From a bacterium (GTDB taxonomy: Bacteria > Electryoneota > Electryoneia > Electryoneales > Electryoneaceae), in assembly GCA_963669175.1 (NCBI GenBank), contig OY769902.1, positions 64,001 to 128,000 of the forward strand: a stretch of DNA of 64,000 nucleotides, given 5' to 3'. Within the stretch, counting starts at the first letter, position 1. Every line of letters starts with the position of its first letter. Positions 10,147 through 20,226 of the stretch are shown in pieces. The position numbers and the translations under genes were made by a program. Under the pieces are notes generated by a model. It was given only the letters and a program-made list of their open reading frames with translations, was not told the origin of the DNA and searched no databases.

Positions 10147-10692
10147 ATGACCCGATCACGCCCCAAAGATGAAAGCCTGATTAACGCCACAGGCAAGAAC
10201 TGGCAATGGTGGTTCGCTGCGCTGGATGCTGCGGGCATGGCGGACAAGGATCACCGCACCATTGTCGCCGAGGTAAAGAAACTGGGCTGCGAAAGCGCTT
10301 GGTGGCAGCAGACGATTACAGTTGAATACGAACGTGAGCGCGGCCTGCGGGATATCCACCAGCGCAGTGACGGCCACTACGAAATCAGCCGTCAACGCAC
10401 CCTCAACCTTCCGGCTGAAGAGCTGATCGAACTGGTCCGCAATCCTGAAAAACGCGTTCAATGGCTGAAAACACCCCTGCCGGAACCACAGGAGAAAATC
10501 CTTTCCGGAAACCCGCTGTTCATCTTCCCCTGGCCGGGTGGACACAGTTCGCTGTATGTCGTTGTCGAGGCCAAAGGCGAGACCAAAGCATCCATCACCC
10601 TGGTTCATCGAGACCTGTCCGGGCCGGAAGAATGTGAGGCGATCAAACCCTTCTGGAACGAAGTCGCAGAGAAACTGAAACAAGTAATTTGA
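10147..10692 (+). CDS. DUF4287-like / SRPBCC-like protein
   Basis: ATGKNWQWWF...HRTIVA...WWQQTITVEYER pattern followed by a START-like 'ITLVH...FW' C-terminus. Confidence 0.65.
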   Translation: MTRSRPKDESLINATGKNWQWWFAALDAAGMADKDHRTIVAEVKKLGCESAWWQQTITVEYERERGLRDIHQRSDGHYEISRQRTLNLPAEELIELVRNPEKRVQWLKTPLPEPQEKILSGNPLFIFPWPGGHSSLYVVVEAKGETKASITLVHRDLSGPEECEAIKPFWNEVAEKLKQVI

Positions 10693-10774
10693 CCATCACA
10701 TTGGTAATGCTTGAACACAATGACGTTTGCTCTGATTCCCAGCATAGCAGACTGTATCAGCATGCAAATGGAAT

Positions 10775-10963
10775 TCATTCCCGCGAAGGTGGGAACCGAA
10801 GCTTGCGGTGTCCCGTCTGTTTGGGACAGCCGTTATTCCAGTCATGTTGCGATATTACAAGAGGTTAAGTGTTCTCAAGAGGCGCATTACATTGAGAGCT
10901 TTTTGTGCGAGCAACTTGTTGTATTGTCGATACTTGCCTGGATCCCCATCTTCATGGGGATGA
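10775..10963. repeat. Inverted pair of TCATYCCC..GAAG..GGGRAYCC REP palindromes
   Basis: TCATTCCCGCGAAGGTGGGAACC (10775) and GGATCCCCATCTTCATGGGGATGA (10940) are inverted homologues; relatives near 46195 and 56988. Confidence 0.6.
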
Positions 10964-11381
10964 AATTGTAGCCTATTCTGCGACAGTCTGGAAGGCTGGG
11001 ATGAAAGCGTTTTCTTATCTGAACAGCCTGGCAGACGGGGACTTGTGTGCCGAGGCGTATCTACTCAGTAAGCCGTTCAATCCATTGATCATAACAAAAC
11101 CAGCCATAGCAAACTCATTCCGCCTTCAGCACATCCACCGGGTTCCGTTCCGCAGCACGCACTGCGATCCCAAGCGTCGCCAGCAGAGCAAAGACAAGCG
11201 TACAGAGCCCTGCGACCGGAAGCGTTCACCAAGGCAAAGATCCTATTTCGCTTGAGGTTGCGTAGCGCCAGACGTAGCACCAGAAAGGACATAATCCTGC
11301 CTCACCTGTTGTTTCAGGTCTTTCACATAAGACAGGTAATGCAAATGTATTGTTACAGGAAGTCTCCTGACATATAACACG

Positions 11382-11414
11382 AAAAAACGGGCTACCCGAA
11401 TCGGATAGCCCGTT
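11382..11414 (-). terminator. Intrinsic terminator of the C25 peptidase gene
   Basis: AACGGGCTA...TAGCCCGTT stem with a T run on the minus strand. Confidence 0.75.
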
Positions 11415-11437
11415 GAATGTCTTACGCTATCAGACAT

Positions 11438-14400
11438 TTACTTCATGTAGATGACCTTGGACATGGCGGCATTTGCGCCAGCCTGCAGCCTGATGAAGTA
11501 GATGCCGGAACTCAGGCTGTTGTTGCCCAGGTTCCAGGAAAGGTTGTGCTTCCCGGCGTCCATATGACGGTCCACCAGGCGGGCAACTTCCTGACCCATC
11601 ACATTATACACCGTCAACCGTACACTGGCCGCATCCGGAAGATCAAAACGGATATGGGTCGTGGAGTTGAACGGGTTCGGATACGCGTTATGCAGCGCGA
11701 ACTGTGTCGGGACCGCATCAGCCTGGATATCATCCACACCGACAAAGTCAGACGGAGCCATGGTGGTGAAACGAATCGCACGGCCATTTTCAATCGGCGC
11801 GGCTGCTTCCGGGTAGGACAACGCGTAGGTGTATTCGAGACCGGCCGTGTGGCTGTGGTTTTCGATCCCTACGGTTGCACCATTATTGTCCGAATCCACG
11901 TTGCTGACATCATGATAATGAATCTCAATAATGTCATCATTGGTCGGGGTCGTACCATCGGCGACATCCTGCAACACCAGGGTGAAGTCTTCCGGGTATT
12001 CAATGGCCGGCAGCCCGTACTTGTTGTGGCACAGGTACTGGATCAGCATCCGGTTGTTCGCTTCATCGTAGTACGTGTAGACAACATTGAACTCGTTGGT
12101 CGGCGGCTTCAGATCATCCCAGAAAGGCGCGATCACTGTCTGCGGACCAAGCGCGGACGGCAGGTTCCAGTTACGGAAGTTCAACCGTGTGTAGTTCGGC
12201 TCTTCTTCAAGGCTGACCCAACCGTTGGAACTGATCGTGAAGTTGTTGCCGGCTTCGTAGACTTCGCCATAATAGGTGAAGTCGAAGGGCAGTTCCATGA
12301 TCAGGTTTTCATCGTCACGCAGTTCGTGCATGACAGCGCCCTGCATGCTGGACAGATCAAAAGCGGTATAGGTCGGCACGACTTCATCTGCATTCTCGAA
12401 GCCGGTATCCGTATTGTCGTAAGCGAAGTAACCATGACCATCCGGGCCAAGTGGATCTGTGGTGCTCACACCTTCCAGCGCGATCTGGAATGCGCCGCTG
12501 CCCAGGTCGCCTTCATCACTGGAATAGAAAACCGAATAGGTCACGGGGCAACCGCTGTAAACACCCTCAGCAATCTGGACTGTAAACGGGGATTGGGTGG
12601 TAACTGTCGCGCCTGCGGCCACATTGCCCAGGCTGGCTGTGCCGGTTGTCACGGTGACACCGGTATGCCAGCTTTGCAGGGTTACAGATACATTGTTTGC
12701 ATCCATAACTCCTACATTGGTGAAGGTCAGGTTCAATTCTGCCGTATTGTTCGGCATGTAGGAACCACTGGCGACTGCATAACCGTCATATACCATCCGG
12801 ACCGTTTCGATCGGAATCCAGATTTTACCCGAGAATGTTCTGTCGCCGGTTGTGATCTCGGCGGTGAACTCGAGCTCCACATCGTTGGCCAGAGGTTCAT
12901 CCAGGGTAAAGACAAACGGCGTTGAATTGACGGCTGTTGCGCCTGCTGCGATGTTTCCATATTCGACAGTCGCGGTGCTGATTGTCACCAGTTCGTCGTT
13001 CTCGTTCGAAAGTGTTACAGAAACACCTGTTTCGCTTTCAGCGCCCGTGTTGATCAAGGTGAGGTCTACTTCAACTTCATCGCCAACGAAGAACCCAAGG
13101 TTGCCGCCTGAGTTCCAGGTCCAGGATTGTACACCGACACGGTGAGTCGGCTGCCAGACATTGATGGTGTCGATAATGGCTTCGTAGTCAGGACGGGTCA
13201 CGGTGAGATACAGTTCACCGGTCTGCACACCGGCCAGGTTCAGGTTGTACTGGCCCTGTACATCAGTCCAGCCACCATCGATCAGCACCAGGTCGCCGCC
13301 CTGTTCCTGGGTAACCTGCACATGAGCGTCTTTCAATCCCCAGAAGGTTTCACTGTCAGCGATGCGAACATCAAGATAGTTCTGACCGTAGGGTACTGTG
13401 TTGCTGAAGTTGTCTGCTATATGCATGGCTTTGGGACGCCAGCGCCAGACCTGCAGGGACGGGTCACCAATGATGTGGTAAACATGATGGTAAAACTCAA
13501 CCATGTCACCGCTACCGGTACGTGTCGGATGACCGTTATAGATTTCCATCTTTCCGGCAAACAACGCTGCGGAAAGGTTGGTTACGTCATGATCAAAAAT
13601 GGTAGTGAAAGCGCCACCAAGAAGAGGATTGTTAAACTTGGTCTGGGTATGCAGATCTGTCGGCGCCATAACGGTAACTGCGCCGGTTGGAGCAGTTGCA
13701 GTACCGGCAGTGATCCAGGTCGTTGCGAAGCACTTCGTGTTCGTATTGTTCGCGAAGTCACCAGTATTACAGACGAATGATCCGACAATGGGGAAATTCC
13801 ATTCGTTGCTCAACTGATCGACGTTGTTGTTACGGAAGTTCGGGGCAATCCAACCATCCGAGTCGCCCCAACCACGATAGGCCACATACAGCGGACCATC
13901 ATCCACTGAGTTGCGAATCTCGGATTCACTCGCCTGGTAGCCACCGTTCCGCCAGAACAGAGTATCAACAACCAGGTAATCCCAGTCGGTGAGGAAACGG
14001 TTGCGCAGCCACTCAAGGGTCATCAGCGGGGACAAGGGCGGATCGCCACTTTCCGAATAGTTGCCACCGACCAGCGAAGCATGCAGCCAGCGCTGTTCAT
14101 CTGTTCTTGGCACCCGATGCGGGTCGCTTTCGTACTGAACCACGCGACGAGTGGCGCTCAAGGCTTCACCCGGAGTGCCTACCGGCATACGTCCAATCCA
14201 GAATTCCGGGAAATAGTCATTTCCTTCCTGGAAAGTGTAAGGCCAGTCGGTCGCGTCTGGCGCTTCCTGCGGGAATGCGGGATTCTGTATCGTCTCGTGC
14301 GGAATGTTCACCATACCACGGTTGACATCGCCCAGCAGCAATACATACTCGAGCGGCGGATCCAGTGTTTCGTAATATTCAGTCAACTCATTGGAAAGGT

Positions 14401-15163
14401 CCGTATACGTAGGGGTTGAAGCCAGATCATGCACGACAACATGAAAACCACGATTGGTTTTCCACTCGATATACTCGCTGATCTGTGATGTATACAGAGG
14501 CGGCGCAACAATGACCAACGATCCCTGCGTATCGGAAAGCCGTGTGCCCAACTCGTCCAGGCCATTCAGCAGAACTTCCTGGTAAGCCGGCCAGAAAGCG
14601 CGTGAAACCGGACGAGACGGCTCTTCGGCCGGTGTATCCAGCATGCCGGTAACCTCAACACGAACATCCAGCTTCGTCGCCACCCAGGACTGCCCGGAAT
14701 CATCTTTATACACCGGGTTGATCACAAGGGGAGCAACGGTTACATCACGCCAGATACCGGCAGTGCCCAACGAAGCCCACTGCGCTTCCACAGGCGCCTG
14801 GTCCAGGGATACGGCATCGCCAATGATACCAAGCATACTCACCGGAACCACTTCGCCACCGGTTATCACCAGGCGGGCATCACGATTCCAGGGTAAACGT
14901 ACCATGCCTTTGACACTTGCGACGGCATCTTCATCGTAAGTGACGCGTTCTCCCGAAAGGAGAACAGACATCTGGTTGTTGTTCATCTCTACGGTTGCTG
15001 ATCCCGCCGTCCAGGCGAATTCCAGCGCGTCTCCAGTCTCTCCGGCAAAGGACAGCCGTGCTTCTGGCTGAACCGCCGAATCGAGGGTGACCTGTGCCGC
15101 TACAGCGACACCAGCCGCTGCACACAGTGCAAGCATCACCATCACTACGGCCAAACGTCTCAT
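11438..15163 (-). CDS. C25 (gingipain-like) cysteine peptidase family protein with Ig-like repeats and Por/T9SS-type CTD
   Basis: Signal peptide, propeptide, YVLLLGD, IGRMP, YRGWG, FVCNTGDF, IIGDPSL; C-terminus YPNPFN...SSGIYFIRL...KVIYMK. Confidence 0.88.
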   Translation of the reverse strand: MRRLAVVMVMLALCAAAGVAVAAQVTLDSAVQPEARLSFAGETGDALEFAWTAGSATVEMNNNQMSVLLSGERVTYDEDAVASVKGMVRLPWNRDARLVITGGEVVPVSMLGIIGDAVSLDQAPVEAQWASLGTAGIWRDVTVAPLVINPVYKDDSGQSWVATKLDVRVEVTGMLDTPAEEPSRPVSRAFWPAYQEVLLNGLDELGTRLSDTQGSLVIVAPPLYTSQISEYIEWKTNRGFHVVVHDLASTPTYTDLSNELTEYYETLDPPLEYVLLLGDVNRGMVNIPHETIQNPAFPQEAPDATDWPYTFQEGNDYFPEFWIGRMPVGTPGEALSATRRVVQYESDPHRVPRTDEQRWLHASLVGGNYSESGDPPLSPLMTLEWLRNRFLTDWDYLVVDTLFWRNGGYQASESEIRNSVDDGPLYVAYRGWGDSDGWIAPNFRNNNVDQLSNEWNFPIVGSFVCNTGDFANNTNTKCFATTWITAGTATAPTGAVTVMAPTDLHTQTKFNNPLLGGAFTTIFDHDVTNLSAALFAGKMEIYNGHPTRTGSGDMVEFYHHVYHIIGDPSLQVWRWRPKAMHIADNFSNTVPYGQNYLDVRIADSETFWGLKDAHVQVTQEQGGDLVLIDGGWTDVQGQYNLNLAGVQTGELYLTVTRPDYEAIIDTINVWQPTHRVGVQSWTWNSGGNLGFFVGDEVEVDLTLINTGAESETGVSVTLSNENDELVTISTATVEYGNIAAGATAVNSTPFVFTLDEPLANDVELEFTAEITTGDRTFSGKIWIPIETVRMVYDGYAVASGSYMPNNTAELNLTFTNVGVMDANNVSVTLQSWHTGVTVTTGTASLGNVAAGATVTTQSPFTVQIAEGVYSGCPVTYSVFYSSDEGDLGSGAFQIALEGVSTTDPLGPDGHGYFAYDNTDTGFENADEVVPTYTAFDLSSMQGAVMHELRDDENLIMELPFDFTYYGEVYEAGNNFTISSNGWVSLEEEPNYTRLNFRNWNLPSALGPQTVIAPFWDDLKPPTNEFNVVYTYYDEANNRMLIQYLCHNKYGLPAIEYPEDFTLVLQDVADGTTPTNDDIIEIHYHDVSNVDSDNNGATVGIENHSHTAGLEYTYALSYPEAAAPIENGRAIRFTTMAPSDFVGVDDIQADAVPTQFALHNAYPNPFNSTTHIRFDLPDAASVRLTVYNVMGQEVARLVDRHMDAGKHNLSWNLGNNSLSSGIYFIRLQAGANAAMSKVIYMK

Positions 15164-15249
15164 GGGTGCCTCCGGATTTTGGTCCGCCGAATAGCAGAGC
15201 TATTCGGGTCATGTTATGTGAAAACAGACTCTTGTGAACCAACGGGCCG

Positions 15250-15284
15250 TGCAAATTATGCACGTATTGTGCATAGAGAATGCA
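15250..15284. promoter_or_regulatory. Four phased TGCA boxes upstream of the C25 gene (possible regulator site)
   Basis: TGCA at 15250, 15259, 15270 and 15281, including the palindrome TGCAC-N5-GTGCA. Confidence 0.3.
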
Positions 15285-15591
15285 AGGAAGCAAGATGATA
15301 AACCAAACACTACGGAGTCAACCAAATCGGCTCCCCTTGGGCCCTCGCACTTCAGTAAAATAGTAACAAATCTATTCATAACAGGTTACGATAAAATATA
15401 AATTGGAATTTCACGAAAACACTGCCTGTGTAAACCTGAAAACCGGAAAATCGCCCACACCTGTTACAAATACGAGCAAAACGTGTGACATCATGTCTCC
15501 TGCAATCCACATGTCTCCGGTGAGAGCATACCTGCTGATGCTCATGAAAGGATTTTCTTGAAGGCAAACCTGATTCTTGTTACCATTATTC

Positions 15592-16131
15592 ATGGCCAAA
15601 TCGAATCGTCGACAAAAAAACCATGCCGCCAACGCCTTGCCGAGACTCTTCCCGGCATATCATGCTGCGCTGGAACAGGCCTTCATGGAAGTAAAATTAA
15701 TCCCCATCGTGGTGGAGCCGGTGGAAACCGCCCGACGGTTAATCATGATCAGGAATAAACTGAAAGCTGCATTGAAACGGACACCGGGACGTGTACGCAG
15801 GAAAGCCGCAAAGTGGTACTGGATCGGAATGCTGGTGTCATTCCTGCTGATTCTTGCTGTATTCACATTAACCCTTCTTTGGGCCGGACTGGACTATCCC
15901 CCTCCGGAATTCCTCCTCTATGAACCCTGGTTTCCGGTAGCCGCTTTCCTGGCAGGATTGCTCGTGGCAACAATACCGGCACTCGCTGCAAACCAGTACC
16001 GCAATGCGCAGATTCGATCCCTCGGTGGCAATATTGCACAGGCATGTAATTCTGCGGTGCTGATCTTCGATGTTGCCGTAGTCAAATCGCTGCTCCACCC
16101 CAAACCACACCCGGATGATGTTGTTGACTAA
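15592..16131 (+). CDS. Hypothetical membrane protein (2 TM segments)
   Basis: ORF with hydrophobic segments WYWIGMLVSFLLILAVFTLTLLW and WFPVAAFLAGLLVATIPAL; converges on the next gene. Confidence 0.6.
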   Translation: MAKSNRRQKNHAANALPRLFPAYHAALEQAFMEVKLIPIVVEPVETARRLIMIRNKLKAALKRTPGRVRRKAAKWYWIGMLVSFLLILAVFTLTLLWAGLDYPPPEFLLYEPWFPVAAFLAGLLVATIPALAANQYRNAQIRSLGGNIAQACNSAVLIFDVAVVKSLLHPKPHPDDVVD

Positions 16132-16156
16132 AACTGCCCGAATCTGTGCCTGAAAA

Positions 16157-17734
16157 CTACATGTAGCGGTAAAGCCCCAGCGATTTCATAGCGACCAGTG
16201 TCGCCTGGATATGGACGAACATCTCATTACCCAGGGAGTACCGCGCCATCTCCTTGAAATCGTGCGGGCTGAGTCCCAGACGATAGGCATAGGCGAAGCG
16301 AGCGCTGCCTTCTGTTTCCGGCAGTACGATATAGTGAATTCCACGCGAACGAATCAGCTTGCCCATGCGGTATTCCTGCAATGCTTTCAATTCCTCCTTG
16401 CCGCACAGACCGCCCATATCCAGGATCTTGTGCTCACACCTGTAGCTCATCAAGCCAACATCGAATACGGCTACGGTCTGCCCCTCGGGAACCTGTTCAC
16501 GCACTGTTTCCGCCATCTTGACGTGAATCCGGTTCAAATGATCCATCGATCCGGCGTGATACCCGGCCCAGCGTATTCCCTGGGGAACAAACCCCAGCAG
16601 AAGAACCCCGAGAATACCATACAGGACATAACCGGCGACGGGAAATTCACGAAACTTCTCTCGGAATCCGCCCACACCTGCTGCAACCAGCCAAGGTCCG
16701 AAAACCCAGAGCGGCCAGACATAACGCCCCATGTGACTCGGCGTGGGGAGGAATAGATAATAAAATGCCAGGTGCATCACGATGAACAGCGCTACAGGCC
16801 TTCCCCAACGGCTCTTCCATGCAAACACAGCCCCGGCCACCGCCAGAATAAATACCAGCGCCCCCCAGATCATGCCGAATCCAAACCCGGGGCCAATGAA
16901 GTTGACCAGACGTTCCCAGATCATCCCGGTCATGCGAACCATGTGAATCAACGTACGTGGGATGTCCTGCAACGGCGAGGGCGGCAGGTCGATCAACCAG
17001 CGCCTTGCGGCAAGAGTATTGGGTGTACTTCCCGCCAGGAGTGTAAGAATACCATACCCGAAAACAGCGCTTGCAAATGGAATCCCGACCATCAACACCC
17101 TGGACTTCAGGCTTCGCCAACCGTTCTCTTCCGGTATTTCCGAAGTGTTGCCGGGAAGAAACTGGCTTGCCAGCATTGCTAGCGGAAGGAGGAATGTCTC
17201 CGCACGCACCAAGGTAGCCAGTGAAGCGAAAACCAGGGTGCGTTTGAACTTGTCCTGAGCAAAAGCATCCAGCGCCAGGAAAACAAACGCCGCTGCGAGA
17301 AGCGGTTCCATGCCGGTCTGGGAGAGTGCGGCAAGTTGACCAATCAGGGCGAGTGAAAGTGCGGCAATCCAGGCAAGCATGCCCTTCATCTGACGAGCGA
17401 ACCACTGGCTTCCTGCCCAGACTGCAAGCAACCAGCTACCAGTGGAGAAGAACCACGCCACACGATCAGCCGGAATCCCAACTTTGGCGCCAACAGCGAG
17501 CAACATCGTCCACAACAGCGAACTGCTGCCCCCGCCGCCTTCGCCCGGATTCAGGCCAAGTTTGCCCGTATCAGCAAGGTTTTCCGCCAGACGAGCGTGA
17601 ATATACCCGTCATCCAGGGTCAGCAACCACCCGATCCCCTTCACATGCGCGGTCACCATGTACGCCACCACCAGTGCTAGCGCGGCAAGTGTCGCCACGA
17701 TCGGAATCAATCGCTGTCGGATGCTGGGTTGCAT
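16157..17734 (-). CDS. Multi-pass GT-C fold membrane glycosyltransferase (ArnT/PMT-like)
   Basis: LDDGYIHARLAENL...G.GLNPGE..GGSSSLLW first-loop motif, TGME, VRAE, GRY, C-terminal 'DVG...ILDMGGL'. Confidence 0.75.
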   Translation of the reverse strand: MQPSIRQRLIPIVATLAALALVVAYMVTAHVKGIGWLLTLDDGYIHARLAENLADTGKLGLNPGEGGGGSSSLLWTMLLAVGAKVGIPADRVAWFFSTGSWLLAVWAGSQWFARQMKGMLAWIAALSLALIGQLAALSQTGMEPLLAAAFVFLALDAFAQDKFKRTLVFASLATLVRAETFLLPLAMLASQFLPGNTSEIPEENGWRSLKSRVLMVGIPFASAVFGYGILTLLAGSTPNTLAARRWLIDLPPSPLQDIPRTLIHMVRMTGMIWERLVNFIGPGFGFGMIWGALVFILAVAGAVFAWKSRWGRPVALFIVMHLAFYYLFLPTPSHMGRYVWPLWVFGPWLVAAGVGGFREKFREFPVAGYVLYGILGVLLLGFVPQGIRWAGYHAGSMDHLNRIHVKMAETVREQVPEGQTVAVFDVGLMSYRCEHKILDMGGLCGKEELKALQEYRMGKLIRSRGIHYIVLPETEGSARFAYAYRLGLSPHDFKEMARYSLGNEMFVHIQATLVAMKSLGLYRYM

Positions 17735-17879
17735 GTCTCTGTCCAGTTGAATCGTGTCAACTTATGCTTCTATCGCGATACTCGAAAAAGTCCCATTGTG
17801 TCACCCCCAGCATGGAGCAAGTATTTGTCACGACGAAACTTTTTCCTTTGAAGAATATTGTAGGGATTTATATCATCGC

Positions 17880-18013
17880 ATATCTGAAATGTATATCTGA
17901 TATAAATTTCTGCTATGTATATCTGCTATGTATATCTGCTATGTATCTGCTATGTATCTGCTATGTATCTGTTATGTATCTGCTATGTATCTGTTATATA
18001 TATCTGCTATCTG
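17880..18013. repeat. 11/13-bp tandem repeat (TATCTGCTATG)n
   Basis: About 9-10 imperfect units of TATCTG(C/T)TATG, some with an extra TA. Confidence 0.9.
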
Positions 18014-18020
18014 AATATTT

Positions 18021-18223
18021 AGCAGGCTTTAGCCTGCTCTTCTTAGCACCCGGCTTCAGCCGGGGTGAAAAGATGTCAACAATAATTCCGAGCGCGCTTT
18101 AGCGTGCTTGCCAGGTATAAATACTGATTCCGGAAAGCACCCTGAAGGGCGCTCACCACTTCTTTATCACCAAGAACACCCCGGCTGAAGCCGGGTGCTA
18201 AAAAGAGCCTGCTGAAGCAGGCT
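18021..18223. repeat. REPIN-like nested palindrome cluster
   Basis: TTAGCACCCGGCTTCAGCCGGGGTG at 18043 and its exact inverse CACCCCGGCTGAAGCCGGGTGCTAA at 18177; flanking AGCAGGCTTTAGCCTGCT / AGCCTGCTGAAGCAGGCT. Confidence 0.85.
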
Positions 18224-18302
18224 GATAACTATTCGAATCAACAACAACATGCGTGAACTCCTATATTTCAAGATACAGAATATTCCAACAATATAGAATG
18301 CC

Positions 18303-20093
18303 CTACTCAAATCTCGCCCGCAGATCTTTAATATCCGCTTCACGGCGTTGTTCATTCAACCAGTCTGTATAAACCTGTTGACGTTTTTGCTGAACCCGTT
18401 GCTCCATGTATATCGCTTTATGCCGTTCCCATTCCCCCGGATCAGGATCGTCCAGCTTGTCCAGGCGCACGATAATGAAGCCGTTGTTGACCTGGATCGG
18501 ATCACTGCATTCGCCGGGTGAAAGACTGAGCACTGTCTTCACGAAAACAGAATCCCCTTCCAGCCCGGACCCATTCGCGGAACGTGAAATCCAGGACCGT
18601 GAGCTTATAAACTGGATATCTTTTTCTTTAGCGATGCTTTCCATGGCATTGCCACGCACCAGCTCTTCACGGAGATCCAATGCGACCTGGCGTGCTCTTT
18701 CCTGTTGTTTACGATAGAGTAGACGTTCCCGCAAGGCCTCCTTCGCCTGTTCAAACGTCTGCATCTCCTCCGGGATATCACCCACAGCTTCAAACACCCC
18801 AAACTTGTTCCCGAACCGCTGGGGAGCGCTGATGGTTCGCAGGGGAGCGCTCAACAGGAAATCGGCCAGCTCCTTTTTATAGCCGAATCCCGGGATCTGG
18901 CCGCTGTCATCCAGCGCATCAATAGCGTCCACTTTCACCGAATACATACGCGCTGCATTGGTCATGCCCATCCGTGCGGCATCTTTCCTGAAGCTTTCTG
19001 CCGAAGCTTCCAGTTTCGCCGGATCGCTGGGCTGCTGGAGTATGGCCACGAGAATATGACGAATATTCACTTCTTCGGAAGGGCCATTACCACGTCTGCC
19101 TTCTATCTTTACCAGGTGATAGCCCATCTGGGTCTCAACCGGCCCTACGACGTCCCCGACCTTACCATTGAACGCCGCATCCTCCAGTTCAGGCATGAGC
19201 CAGCCACGTTTCACCCACCCGATCAGACCGCCACGAGCTTTGGTGGGATCATTGCTCTCAACCGTCGCCAAACGTGCGAAATCTTCTCCACGATTCAAAC
19301 GATTCTGAAGAGTCTCGATCTTATGAAACGCAGCAGTTCGCATGCTTTCGGACGGTTTATCCTCAAAAACAACCACATTGACACGCCTGCGTGGGCCGAA
19401 ACGAAACTCCTCCAGGTGCTGCTGGAAATAAGCACGCAGCATCTCGTCTGTTAGTGCACTCGCATCGACTTCCATTTCGTAAAAGGGTATCCAGAGATAG
19501 CTCGCCTGTCCGCGCCTGTTTTGCTTCACATATTCCGCTTTGGCGCTGGCCTCATCCTGCGGAATGCTCTGCGCCAGTTCAGTCTGAACACGTTCACGTT
19601 GTAGAATCAGCATGATCAACTGTTCGATGCGCCCCACAACCGCACGGTTCTTCAGGTCATTGTAGAAAGTGACATACGTCTGCTTGTTGAATTTGCCCGA
19701 GGAATCCTGGAACCTCCTGTTTTGCAGCACCTGTATCGGTGGCGGATTGTTTTCGACCGCTTCCGCCAGGTCTGCCTGTTCAACCGGGACGCCATGATCC
19801 CGCAACCAGCGATCCAGCAAGGCAGCTTCGATCATTTCCTGGAAAATCTCTTCGCTGATATGACGTTCGATGGATGGCGTCAGTGTTCGCAGATCCCCCA
19901 GCACACGCTCATATTCAATCGCCTGGTTCACATTGGACTGGTAACGGCCCCAGTCGATAATCATATCATCAACCATTCCCGCCGCGCTGTCCGGGATTGT
20001 ACTGGTATCTTTTGCCGTCTTCTTTTCGCCACACCCGCTGAAAAGAAGCACGCTAACCACGAAAAGCAGTATTGCTGTACGGTACCAACGCAT
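18303..20093 (-). CDS. SurA/PpiD-like parvulin peptidyl-prolyl isomerase, lipoprotein
   Basis: Lipobox LFSGC after MRWYRTAILL; parvulin motifs EDFARLATVESNDPTKARGGLIGW, GPVETQMGYHLVK, RHILV. Confidence 0.87.
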   Translation of the reverse strand: MRWYRTAILLFVVSVLLFSGCGEKKTAKDTSTIPDSAAGMVDDMIIDWGRYQSNVNQAIEYERVLGDLRTLTPSIERHISEEIFQEMIEAALLDRWLRDHGVPVEQADLAEAVENNPPPIQVLQNRRFQDSSGKFNKQTYVTFYNDLKNRAVVGRIEQLIMLILQRERVQTELAQSIPQDEASAKAEYVKQNRRGQASYLWIPFYEMEVDASALTDEMLRAYFQQHLEEFRFGPRRRVNVVVFEDKPSESMRTAAFHKIETLQNRLNRGEDFARLATVESNDPTKARGGLIGWVKRGWLMPELEDAAFNGKVGDVVGPVETQMGYHLVKIEGRRGNGPSEEVNIRHILVAILQQPSDPAKLEASAESFRKDAARMGMTNAARMYSVKVDAIDALDDSGQIPGFGYKKELADFLLSAPLRTISAPQRFGNKFGVFEAVGDIPEEMQTFEQAKEALRERLLYRKQQERARQVALDLREELVRGNAMESIAKEKDIQFISSRSWISRSANGSGLEGDSVFVKTVLSLSPGECSDPIQVNNGFIIVRLDKLDDPDPGEWERHKAIYMEQRVQQKRQQVYTDWLNEQRREADIKDLRARFE

Positions 20094-20226
20094 GGTTGCC
20101 TCAGAATCGTTGTCTTCGAACGTGAAAAGATAGGCGACAGGCCATACAAATCCAACCGTCCGTTGCACAACCTTCATTTTCATGTTACAATCGGGTGAAG
20201 CTTTCTCGGACTGAAAGGAGTTACGG

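Noticed and set aside
9172-11169. Inverted 11-mer GATCGCAGTGC / GCACTGCGATC flanking parA as an invertible segment
   Set aside because: Too short, no recombinase nearby, and plausibly a remnant of another REP family.
11417-12925. Long antisense ORFs (also 9119-10105, 47445-48434, 35827-36588)
   Set aside because: Shadow frames opposite well-supported genes, with no recognisable motifs.
17326-18102. 258-aa ORF with a C/Y/L-rich tail
   Set aside because: Antisense to the GT-C gene; the tail is just the translated minisatellite.
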